A DNA stretch of 63,524 bases, the filler included, from Dirinaria sp. TL-2023a (taxonomy: Eukaryota): NCBI GenBank assembly GCA_051941275.1. It is 7 parts of 7 records of this genome, joined end to end, with 100 filler letters (N's around TTAATTAATTAA, not from the genome) between each part and the next. Parts side by side here need not be neighbours in the genome. Positions count along the whole stretch, not along the records: positions 18,212 to 27,208 come from JAVEBF010001108.1; positions 27,309 to 36,294 come from JAVEBF010001109.1; 5 more parts are not named here. One strand, given 5' to 3'. This document shows positions 25,075-36,394 of the stretch, in pieces. The notes beneath the pieces were generated by a model. The model ran no database searches, had not been told where the DNA came from, and saw only the letters and a program-made list of their open reading frames with translations. Each line of letters opens with the position of its first letter. Position 1 is the first letter of the stretch. A program made the translations under genes and the position numbers.

Positions 25075-26834
25075 ATGGTCCTGCTCAGCATCTGCCTCCT
25101 GTTACTGGCGGGAAGCTTCATAGCCAGCGTGCAAGGAACCGGTGACAGCCATGGCAAAGCGAAACAAGAGCCGTTGGTGGCAGCAGGAGATGAAGAAAAA
25201 TACAAAAAGGCCTGCCCAGACTACAACCACTATTCAATCTTTCCTCATCGCCCATGGAGCGAAGGCCCTCTAAAACTGCCCTATCAACGCCCCTCTACCC
25301 ATTGCCGGACATTCCATTCGCCGCTCGTCGAGAAAGTTATTGAAGACATTACCTCGCGCATGAGAGACAAAGACCTCGCCCGCCTCTTCGAGAACGCTTT
25401 TCCCAACACCCTTGACACTACCATAAGGTGGCACGACGAGGGCACCGGCAAGAAAAAGCTTAAGCATGGGCAAGAAGCTTGGGGACAATGGGACCGCGTG
25501 CAAACTTTCGTCGTGACGGGCGATATCAACGCTGAATGGCTGCGGGACTCTACAAACCAGCTCTTGCAATATCAAGGGCTGGCGAAGAAAGAGAAGAAGC
25601 TGGAGAACCTCATATTGGGCGCCATAAACACCCAAGCCGAGTTTGTGATCGAATCACCCTACTGCAACGCCTTCCAGCCTCCTCCCCCCTCCCATCAACC
25701 CGCTGTGGGTAACGGCCAAAACGACCACGTCCACCCCGCCTACGAGCCCGTGCGTGTTTTCGAGTGCAAGTGGGAAATCGATAGCCTTGCGAATTTCCTG
25801 GCCCTCGGGAACCAGTTCCACGCCAGCACAGGCTCCAAGGCCTTCCTCCACGATCGCTATTTCCTCGCTCTAGAAACCGTCCTCGGCGTCCTCGACCAGC
25901 AAGCCAAACCAACGTTCGATCCCGCGACGGGCAAATTCCAGAAGAACGACTATACCTTCCGCCGCACGACCAACTCTGCGACCGAAACCCTCAATCTCGG
26001 CGGGGTAGGGAATCCTCTTGCAGCGGGGACGGGGCTAGTCCGGTCGGCTTTCCGTCCCAGCGACGATGCCACGATCCTGCAGTTCCTCATCCCGTCCAAT
26101 GCGCAGCTCTCTGTCGAGCTCAAACGCACAGCCGCCATCCTGCGCTCCGCAGGGAAAGCGCAGCTGGCGAAAGACTTCGAAGGGGCCGGCGAACGGATCG
26201 AAGCCGGGATCTGGGAGCACGGCGTGTTCACCCACAAGAAATACGGAGAGGTATTCGCCTTCGAAGTCGACGGCTACGGGTCGGCGATCATGATGGACGA
26301 CGCCAACATCCCGTCCCTGCTGGCCTTGCCGCTGCTCGGTTTCTGCAAAGCGAGCAACAAGATCTATCAGAACACGCGCACGATGGTGCTGGAAAAGGCG
26401 GGGAACCCGTACTATTTGACGGGGAGGGCGTTTGACGGGATCGGCGGGCCGCATATCGGCCTGCAGCACGTGTGGCCGATGAGTCGGCTGGTGCAAGCGA
26501 TGACGAGCAGCGACGATCAGGAAATCGTAGAGGCGCTGAACGCGGTGAAGGCGACCAGTAAACTGGGGCTGGTGCACGAGAGTATTAATGTGGAGCGGGT
26601 CACGGATTATACAAGTGAGTCGGCACCAAACATTTCCTTTTTCTCATTACTTTTCATTTTTGCTTTTCACGATTCCCAAGGACTGGACACTGATATCTTC
26701 TGGAATAATATGCAGGGAGTTGGTTCGCGTGGGCGAATTCGGTCTTCGCCCAGACGATCTTGGACGTGGCGCGGCGCAAACCGGAGCTCTTGTTTGGCAA
26801 AGGCGCGGAGCCGTATCGGATCGAGGATATATGA
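25075..26834 (+). CDS. Secreted glycoside hydrolase family 125 (DUF1237, alpha-mannosidase-like)
   Basis: Signal peptide; LFENAFPNTLDTT, TGDINAEWLRDS, FECKWEIDSL, SAFRPSDDA, FEVDGYG..MDDANIPSLL, GIGGPH; after a 3' intron YT-RSWFAWANSVFAQTIL...EDI*. Confidence 0.92.
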
Positions 26835-26967
26835 TGGGGATTGGCATAGCTTACCTGACTTAAGTTATGATCTCTGAACTTTTAATAATATCTTATTCGC
26901 TTAATTGTCTCGCGCGCGTAGATCATTTCCTCAGAAATTCGATTGTTTTATGGCATATATACATTAC

Positions 26968-27208
26968 TCAAGGACTCAACCTTTCAATCCTCCACTTCCA
27001 CTTGGCTTCTCCTTCTTCTCCTTCCTCCTGCTCCCCTCCCTTCCCCTCCACACCCGCATCATCAACCCTCGTGTACCGAAACCGATCATGCAGCCTGCTC
27101 TGCCTGCCCTGCCAGAACTCGATCGCGTCAGGCCAGATCCTCAAGCCGCCCCAGAAGGGAGGCAGGGGGATCTCTTCCTCGGGAACACCATCGAACCTCT
27201 CCTCCACC
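26968..27208 (-). CDS. PDX3: Pyridoxamine 5'-phosphate oxidase, C-terminal fragment (cut by contig end)
   Basis: [29 protein letters not shown]...WRIERLSP* is the PNPOx C-terminal signature. Confidence 0.9.
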
Positions 27209-27308
27209 NNNNNNNNNNNNNNNNNNNNNNNNNNNNNNNNNNNNNNNNNNNNTTAATTAATTAANNNNNNNNNNNNNNNNNNNNNNNNNNNNNNNNNNNN
27301 NNNNNNNN
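27209..27308. other. Artificial contig spacer
   Basis: N44-TTAATTAATTAA-N44. Confidence 0.99.
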
Positions 27309-28095
27309 GGGGAAGGGTGTCCTGTGCCGGGTTGTTCGGATGATGGAGGGTAAAGTAAGTCGGTCGATAACTTTTATTTTTATGAGCGTGAAAGGGAATC
27401 CCAGTTTAGCGGCATACATACATACATAGTTAAGATCAGTTGCGAGCCATTGATTTTATACATAACATAACACATGTACATGTACATAAACCCCCCTTCC
27501 CCACCCCCCTCCTCTTCTCCTTTCTCGACTGAGTTGAGATATGGGATCAAAAGGGGTGCGTTAGGTTAGGTGAGGTCAGTTCGGCTTCAGATATTCATCA
27601 TACAAAGGCGAAGGGGTGGATGGTGGGGATCGAGAGGCAAATTCCAAGCAAGCAAGCAAGCAAGTATATCCAGATCTCTCTCAATTTACCCATCTGTTCT
27701 TGTCCTTTCCTCTACAAATCCAAACCAAAGAACCAAACTATCCCAAAAATATGTATGTCACAAGGGGAACGAACGATATTTGTTTTTTTTTTTTTTTAAA
27801 TGGTGGTGGCCTTTGATTAATTGTTGTATCAACAATCTGCTAAAGGTGAAGCGACAGTCGAAGTACTTAACAAATGCAAAATTAAAACAAAAGGCCACCC
27901 CGCCGCCGCCCGTCTCTCTCTCTCATGAAGAAGAAGTAAAAAAAAAACATATTCTAATCGCCAGTTTCAACCATGCAAGACCGGCCATTGTGCATATTAA
28001 TGTCCTGCGTGTGAACTATGGTACAAGATTGCTCTCTATCCTGCGCTACCAATTCCCGCCGAATACAAGGTAGCCCCGAGCAAGCCGGTGGACGT

Positions 28096-29121
28096 CTAGG
28101 CGAGGAGAACGACGCTACCAGTCAAGGCAGCCACCACAAGCACGAAGATGCTGGCGGAGCTCTTGTTGCCTGTGTTGCTGGCAGGCAGAACGCTGCTGGA
28201 GGTAGAAGCAGGCGTGGTTCCGCTTGCCGGTGTCGTGGTTTTAGTCTCGGATTCGGTGCTAGTCGAGGACTCGGTTTCAGTGGAGGTAGGGCTGGCTTTA
28301 GCAGTAGGCTTCAAAGTGCTTCCAGAGCCGACCGGCACAGGGACATTGGCTCCAGTGGTTGCGTTGGTGGAGGTTAAAACCGGAACTGGGGCGACCGGAG
28401 AGGCACCGGAGGGAAGGTTAGAGGCTTTAGCCTTGCTTGAAATCGGAGCGGCACCGGAGGGATGACCGGAGGCTTGAGCCGGGCTTGCAACTGGAGCGGG
28501 AGCGCCAGGAGTGATGGTAGCTTCGTTCTTGGTCAGTGGGCAATTCGCATCAATGAGCGGCGCTGAAGCTTACCACCCGGAGATGGAACATTGTAAGTGG
28601 CTGTCTCAGACTGAGTGCCAGGGACGACGATAACGGGCTGGCTACCGGCCGCAGGAACAGCTGGAGTCGCAGCTGGCTTGCCAGTGGACGCAGTGCAAGA
28701 CTCGGGAATGAAGGTCACGGTGACGGTGACGGTCTCCGTATCTGGTCAGACAGGATTAGCCAGATGTTTTCCTCACGGTGTTCGGCAAAGCTCACCTCCA
28801 CGAGCGATGATTTCATTGAAGCGACGAGCGCCATCATGAAGACCTGAGGCGTATGGTCAGCAACAAGACATAATGATCATGAACGAGTGTTTGGTAAATG
28901 CAGGCACATCGGTTGCACCGCTTCTGTTGTACGATCCGTCAAGTGGTGAAACTCAGTCACCGCGGGATTTGTGTGACAACAACAAGCATTCGCTAGTGCA
29001 AGATGCCATGATCAAGTTGCAGCAGGTACACAGGGCAAAAGGGATACTTACCAGCCATATTCGCGGTCGAGAGACCAGCGAAGCTCATCAAGCCGACAGC
29101 GGCGATGCTGAGATAATGCAT
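28096..29121 (-). CDS. Small secreted Ser/Thr/Pro/Ala-rich GPI-anchored cell-wall protein (4 exons)
   Basis: Signal peptide MHYLSIAAVGLMSFAGLSTA; in-frame exons GLHDGARRFNEIIARG-DTETVTVTVTFIPESC...-ATITPGAPAP...; GPI-type tail NTGNKSSASIFVLVVAALTGSVVLLA*. Confidence 0.75.
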
Positions 29122-29986
29122 TGTAGAGAAATGGTAAGGTGCTGATGTGTGAGATCGATAGAGAACAATATCCGATGTAGTTGCTGATAGCAATAGCCAA
29201 AGGCGCACGTTTGATAAGGGGGGGTTGGAAGATGTCAAACGGTGTCTTAAGTCTGCTTAGGAGTAAGATGCTCTTGAAGTGTGTACTTAAGTAAAAGTAT
29301 CTGATGATGGGGGGGAACAAAGAAGAAGAAGAAGAAAAATCAGTGAAGTTGGGGAAGTGAGTCAGGTAGATAAAGTGAGGTAAGAGGCAGCACAAGCCAA
29401 CGAGGAAGACGCTAGTGAAGCAGGCAAGCGCGCTTCAATCGGTCACCTACAGCTTCCCTTACCGCGGTAACCGTCAGATTCGTTGAGTGTTCGCTTGATT
29501 GCATCATCTACACTTTCCCATTGGGTCTGCAACTGCTGACCTGGCCTTACTCTAGGTAATCGATACACCAGTAATAGATAGATACATCTCCTCCTCAGGT
29601 GCATGTAGGCTTCCGGAAGCTGCCACCCAGACCATCTACCGTATAGTATGCTCTCTACGCCTTGTATGACACTGGCAAGCACGTCAGAAGCCTAGGTACC
29701 CTGAACTACCTGAAGGTACAGTATCTTGCTCGTTACCTAAGATATCTAGTCGTCACGTGATCTCTACTTTCCCTTAGCCCTAGTACCATACATAACATAC
29801 CTCTACCTCACAACACTTATGGGAAAAGGGGAGCATCCACTCCCTTTCTCCCTCTCGCTCTAGATCCCCATCTCACCTCTCATGATGAGTATCCTCGTAA
29901 ACCTCTTAGAAATGTAGATAAGTAGAGAGAGAAAGAAGAAGGAAAGAAAAAGAAAAAAGAAAAAAAAAGGAAAAAAGAAAAAAATT

Positions 29987-30113
29987 CGGGGACCCTGGGG
30001 AATTGAACCCCCGGCTTTGTCTTCGATCCGTAGATACTCCCGTTGCAAACTGTGAGCTCTTCCCACAGAGAAGAAGACCACGCTGGACTGTCCCGTTGCG
30101 CCATTGGGCCCCC
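29987..30113 (-). tRNA. Atypical intron-containing tRNA or tRNA-derived Pol III gene (anticodon ambiguous: TCT/Arg or CTC/Glu)
   Basis: Minus strand GGGGGCCCAA-TGGCGCAACGG (A box)...GTCTTC/GAAGAC stem around an insert...GGTTCAATTCC (B box)...GGGTCCCC then a T-run; TATA-like sequence about 20-30 nt upstream. Several departures from the cloverleaf. Confidence 0.55.
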
Positions 30114-30895
30114 GGTGAGGAAATTGCGTCTTATTATATATAAATTTTCTAAAAAAAAAAGATTTATCAGAGGATTTTCATAAAATCATGTTCAGCAATC
30201 ACTCTTACATTTACTCTGCATTTGATTGATTGTTACGGTACTGATGGTAGAACCGTAGAAGATAAACGCGTGTGCAGTCCTTTTATCTATGCACTCCCTT
30301 GCCGCTCAGCCAAAATCCTCCACCCCCCTTACACTCCAATTGTTTGCCGGCTTATCGAGTCATCCGGGAAGCATTAGCAACTCGCGACGCGACTCCATTG
30401 CACTCTCAAAAATGCAATTGAGTTGATTATCTGCTTTTCCTAATAATTTAGCCGCTTTCAATGCTGTAACCGCAATGTATGCTCAGATGTTGTAGGCCCA
30501 AGGTCGAGGGAGTACCAAATCCTTGAGCTTGACATTCTCCTTCCATTTTTTGCATGTCAGATGTTTGGTAGTGATACCTCTTTCCTTCAGTCTCAATATG
30601 GAGGTGAGGTATCCAGTGGAGGTACACGATGCTTCTCGGTTGGGAAAGCGGTCCTTCCTTGTCTGATATTGCCAAGCCCCCTTCTGAGCGTCGTCCACGT
30701 TAGTAATCGCCATTCGTTCTTCCTACCAACGTCTGTTCTCCTCCTTCTTCGTCTCTTCCTCTTCTTGCTTTGCCATCTCCTACTAAGTCACTCGTTTATC
30801 CTGTCTCCTCATAGTTGCAATTCCTTATCCGTCTTCTGTTTGGTTGTTGTCCTGCTGCCGAGCTGGTGAGCATTCAGCGGACTCGGGTTACCAAT

Positions 30896-33800
30896 ATGCA
30901 TTTTGCCAAAGTCTTGCTCGCTGCTGCTTTGGCTACTCCCATTGCCGCTATAGCAGCAAGCCCACGAGGTGAATAGCATTCTCCTCGAAGTCCGGATTCT
31001 CACTGCAGCGGTGCTGATGAATGCTTTAGTAGATAATGGTCTATGGAGAAGAACTGGGAATGGTAGGCTTCTGCATTTCGTAAAAGGGTTCCGTTCGATC
31101 CTTTACAGTCCTGCTGGGGCATTCACAGGGCTTCTAAAAGCTCCATGCTACTCATCCTGGCCCCAAATTATCATTTTGTCTGAGCTGACGATTATGGTTT
31201 TGCAGATGACAAGGACAAGAACAACAGCTCATCGATAGCCATTGCAACCTCTACTCATACAATAGTCAGCACGGTACCGTTCAAAGACAAAACCTCGTCT
31301 TCAAGCAGCCTATCTTCCATCTCCGACAAAGACAAGGACAAATCCTCAGCCAACGACAAGTCTAGCAGCACGTCTTCGCTTGGACTGCCTTCGACAACAT
31401 TGCCAACAAAAGACAGGACTATCACCACAAGCCATCCAAGCCTAGCCACATCTGACAAGAGTGACAAGTTTTCTCAAACATTCTCATCGTCTGGCACTTC
31501 CACCAAGGATCAAGACAAGTACTCCACCAATGACAAGTCTAGCAGTACTTCTTCGCTTGCTGTGGCTTCCGCTACACTACCATCTAAGGATAAGACTACG
31601 ACCGCAACTCTTCCTACCCTAGTAACTTCAACTATTGCCACCAAAGACAAACCCTTTACCAATGATAAGTCCAGCAGTAGTTCTCCACATGGTGTAGCTT
31701 CAACCACACTACCAGCCAAGGATAAGACAACAACTACAACTTTTCTATCATTGGCAACTTCGAACAAAGATGAAAAACCTTCTCCACCATCCTCGAAGTC
31801 AAGCATTGGCACCAAGGACAATAGTTCTGCGTCCTCGGTTTCGAATAAGGACGATAAATCTAGCACTTCAATACCAGATAAGGATAAGAGAACCAGTTCA
31901 TCAGCCTCGGACAAGGACAAATCTACATCAACGTCAGTTCCAGCCTACAACACCTCCTCAGTGCCTGCCAAAGACAAGTTCTCCAGCTCTTCCATTCCAG
32001 CCAAAGACCTTACAAGCTCCATTGCGAAGACCGTTCTTGTAAGCCTGATAGCTACGACGGAAAGACAAGGAGGTACAAGCAGCTCCAATTCTTCTGTCAA
32101 GGCTTCTGCTACCGTCTCATTCGTGGTGCAAGAGACTTCCTTATTGCAGACCGTCACATCGACTGGCTTGAGTTCCGCTGTTCCAGAGGTGCCTTTGACG
32201 TATACCGATATTTATAGCATCAAAACAGTATCTGCTGTACCTTTGAGTACTGGCAAATCGATATCTTCGATATCTGACAAAGATAAGACCTCCATCAAGC
32301 CAGCTATCTTCACAAATACAACGACTTTGATTGTGCCTCTTTGGACGCCCAGCATGCTTGGCAATGCCTATGGTGGCGGTTATGTCACTACACCATCGAT
32401 CTACGTAAAAGTGACGAGTCCAGAACGCGTTCCTCCAGGATATGGGTTCACTCTCAAATCTGAGGGAACGCCAACACCTAGCTCCGGCTTATCAGGACCC
32501 AGAATAACCTCGTACAAAGGTGTAAGCCAGGATAAAACTGCTGCCACGACTATTTTGCCCAAGGACAAAACCAAAACATCCAATCTCACGGCTTCCTTCA
32601 CTACGGCCACAAGTTTGTACACCACGACTAATGCCCAAGGCTCTACCTACGTGACAACCACGACAGTTGTCGTGCCTTGCCCAACGACAACTTCTGAGGC
32701 CGCCGTTGGCAATAGTAGCGTTACGTCCAGCGCTTCTATTTCAACAGGGTTCACTTTGCTTACGACGACGAATGCCCAGGGGTCCAGCACGGTAATTACT
32801 ACCACTGTGGTCGTTACTTGCCCTTGTTCCAAGTCTCTTACTGTCATCCCATATACCACGCTGAACTCGGCCGGTTCAATCGTTGGGTCATCAAGGACCG
32901 TCACTTTTCTACTTCCCAGCTCGTCTGCCACTCCAGTGAGCAGTTCCGTGAACGATAAGACATCCGCCCAGTCCGGTACTACTAGCCAAATTTTGTCAGT
33001 GCCTGCAAAGAGCGGAACGTCTAAATCGGACAGTATCTCTCCTGGCCACGTCGGCTCATCAACAAAGGACACTTTTCAGAGCAAAGCAAGTCAAGTAGTA
33101 ACATCCCTGAGCTTGCTGAACGGTAGTGATGTAGATCATACCTTAGCACCGTACAGCCATTCCAGCACAAGTTCTTCATCTGCCAGAACAGCAGTCTTAT
33201 TACACACTACGATAATTGTGATGCCATCGCCTGCAACCAGTGCGATCAATGATAAGTCGCGCCCGGCGAGCGGCACTACAACGATGCCAAATGGGGAGGT
33301 CATCATCCTTAGCTTCGCTAGCAGCGGTAACACGTCCCCATCAACTCGAGTCCCAAGCACTGTGACGCAACCTAATGGAAGCATCATTGTTATCCAAGAA
33401 ACTTCGAGCTCGAATCAGGCAACAAGTGGCCCTGCCATCAGGACTTTGACTTTGTCCAATGGCAACATCATTGTCACTACTCTACCACAAGCTACCACCA
33501 CGATCAAGTCTAGCAAATCTGCTGGCACCATCATCGTGTCGAATGGAAACACGCCTGCCAATACTAAGGTGCCAATTACCAGCCCTACGAAATCAAACAG
33601 TGGTGAAAGTAGCACGACTGTTCCTGCTCAAGAGGCGTCTGTTGCAACACGCCCAAGCGCTAGCAAGATAGAGCTAAGTAAGTCAGACAGCTATACAACA
33701 TCACCCAGCGGCAATATTATCATCTCCACACTCTCTGCGACCAAAGCAGAAGCCAGTTCGTCCGTGGCATCTCGTACTCTACCGAGTAACAACGATGTAA

Positions 33801-35254
33801 AGCCCTCTATCTCAACTAGTAAGGCTGAAATAAGCAAGTCTGTCCTCTCGGTCACACTGCCTAATGGAAGCATTGTGACATCCACAGCAGCAGTCAACAA
33901 GCCTAAAGCAAGCAGGTCTATCAGCTCAGTCACACTGCCTAATGGTAGTGAAGTGATTTCCACTATTTCGCCGAAGCCTGAAGCAAGCAAGTCTGTCAGC
34001 TCAGTCACATTGCCCAACGGCAGCGTAGTGGCTTCTACCGTCTCTGCCAGCAAGCCTGAAGCAAGCACATCGGCCATCTCGGTCGCGCCACCTAATGGAA
34101 GCGTTGGAGCATCTACGGCAGTCGATACCAAGCCTGAAGCAGGCAAGTCTGTCAGCTCAGTCACATTGCCCAACGGAAGCGTTGTTCTGTCTACGAAAGC
34201 TGTTAGCAATCCTGAAGCAAGCACGACTGTAATTTCACTTACCCTATCCAATGGGAGCATCAGTAGGGTCATCGTTCCTGTCAGCTCCTCTGCTACTCGT
34301 GGCTCTGCTGTCAATATTCCGACATATAGCGTACTGCAGTCGTTTTCACAAATACACGTCATTACTTGTTCTAGTGTTCCTGCGCCCTCGGGTATTTCGA
34401 TAGCCTTTCCTGGTGCCTCGCTCCTAAGCACAGCGCTCAGCGGGTCGACCCTTGATTCTCTATCGGCTCACGTATCAACTCTGAGGTCTTCTAAAGGCAA
34501 CGCTGGTGAGGTCAAGACGTCGAGTCTTGGCAGATCCAGTCACTCTATCAATGGCGTGTCTCCGTTAGCCAGCATTAGCAACGTCCCAAATACGCCGCCT
34601 GCCGGGTCCCCTAGCACAAATACGTCGCCCAATGGAGCTATCACGACACCGGTTAATACCTCGCCCGGAGTCACCTTGTCGCCTTCCACAGGAGCAGACT
34701 CGAGTCTTCTGTCACCTGCATCTAGCGGAAGTTTAGATAGTCAAAACTCACATACAGGTGGCGCTGTCACGCCAGCAGATACTTCTAAGAACCGAGATTT
34801 GACAGCTGTGGGTAGCGAGACGCCTGGGCTTACGAGTTCTCCAACGGGACCATCTTCAAGCACCAGCTCTGCAGCTATCTTACCTCCAGGTCCGCTTGTC
34901 GGCGGCTCGAAGAGTGAGACATCACCACCTTCATCTCCTGCCAAATCTAGTGGTGATACTCCTGGCGGATCAACTCCTGGTCTCACTTCCACCAGTGAAA
35001 CGGAGGTTCCTAAACCACTACCAGGAGTTCCACAGAGCGAGACGACCGTCAATCCGGCATTGACACCTTCAGCTGGAGTGGTGCCTTTACCGACCGGCTT
35101 GATACCCCTAGCAGGGAATGGCGGAGACAGCAATATTACTGTGAAAGTGAACCCAACAGCAATGCCCATCATGTTCGAGGGTTCCGGTTTCAAGCACGCA
35201 TTCGGATACGTTGTTGGACTTGTCAGCGTTATTGTTTTTGTCTTCTTACTATGA
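30896..35254 (+). CDS. Large mucin/adhesin-like Ser/Thr-rich GPI-anchored protein with internal repeats
   Basis: Exon 1 signal peptide MHFAKVLLAAALATPIAAIAASPR, a 33-nt exon (VDNGLWRRTGN), then a long exon from 31206 (DDKDK...) continuous with the 1284-aa ORF; GPI-type tail FEGSGFKHAFGYVVGLVSVIVFVFLL*. Confidence 0.85.
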
Positions 35255-35750
35255 GCGTCAAGAGGATCAAGCAGAGTGTTTATTTCGAGGCATCAATATA
35301 GGCATACATAGGGGAGCCACTAGACAGGATCGGCTTAATTTGCTTTCAAGAGATTTGCTTGTTTCGGTCGCTCGGCGTTTTGTAAGTTTCAAAAGGCTAG
35401 ATCGCTTCATTAGACTCTGTACCGCAATCTTAGAAAGCATGTAGGTACATTTGTATAGTTTTAACACCCACCAACTTACTTATGCCCCCCTGTAGGCTGC
35501 AAAGCCGTCAAGCACGCTTTCTGCAGGTTATTATAGATCTTCCGCTGTATCTCCGTAGCCTGACATAGCCAATCATATGTTACAATTTGCCTTTTCTCCT
35601 TCAGTGCGCAGGCTCACAAATCTTGGTCTATCCAGAGTCCCGGGCTGGGCGTTATATAACTTCAAACAGGCCCGAGAAGTTGACTACCAGTAGCTTCCCT
35701 ACTATCACGCAAACTCGCCATTCGCCTCAGCTCCTTGATTACCGCTCTTA

Positions 35751-36294
35751 TTATTGGCCCTCCTGCATCTGACTCTGCAATCGAAAGACCTATTCATTAT
35801 TTTCCACATATCAGTCAGTCTTTGAACTATGCCGATCCATCGAATATGGATCACGTCAGGGCAACAACGTTATTATACACACCTCCATCTTCTTCCCCTC
35901 GCTCTTCTCCTGGATCTCCTTGATCTGTTTCTCGATCCGCTTTCTGTAACCTCGCCCACACGCGCGCGCGCATCTTGCATTAGCGAATATCCCTTCCATA
36001 ATCATCTTATTAAAAAAAAAAAAAAAAAAAAATCCAATGAATGGATATATGGTGGGAGAGGAGGAAAGGGGGAGATAGGACGCGTACATTTCCTTGTCGA
36101 TAAACTCCAACCGGCCATCCACGGCCATGACCGCTTCGCCCCGCTCCTGTTTCAACAGCACCGGCCCCACGAGCTTGTAGATGTTTGAAGTGGGGGAAAG
36201 GGAAGAGAATTCTTTCGCCACGGCTTTGTTCTCTTGTTGTTGTGCTTCGAGTCTTTGACGCGCGGTTATGGAGGTTTGGAGGTCTGTAAACGGG
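35751..36294 (-). CDS. YKE2: Prefoldin subunit 6, 5' end cut by contig edge
   Basis: ARQRLEAQQQENKAVAKEF...IYKLVGPVLLKQERGEAVMAVDGRLEFIDKE-KRIEKQIKEIQEKSEGKKME-VFRLQSQMQEGQ*. Confidence 0.9.
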
Positions 36295-36394
36295 NNNNNN
36301 NNNNNNNNNNNNNNNNNNNNNNNNNNNNNNNNNNNNNNTTAATTAATTAANNNNNNNNNNNNNNNNNNNNNNNNNNNNNNNNNNNNNNNNNNNN
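36295..36394. other. Artificial contig spacer
   Basis: N44-TTAATTAATTAA-N44. Confidence 0.99.

Noticed and set aside
29987..30114. Selenocysteine tRNA, suggested by the 9/4 stem geometry and GGTTCAATTCC
   Set aside because: No TCA anticodon in register, no long variable arm, and Dikarya are not known to use Sec.
30412..30870. Stop-interrupted signal-peptide-like frame as the start of the mucin gene
   Set aside because: A clean signal-peptide exon at 30896 with canonical introns explains the gene; the upstream frame is unsupported.
31255..35193. Many antisense ORFs rich in Leu/Val/Glu
   Set aside because: Shadow frames of the Ser/Thr-rich repeat protein. The same applies to antisense ORFs over UBA1, GH125, RQT4 and the reductase.
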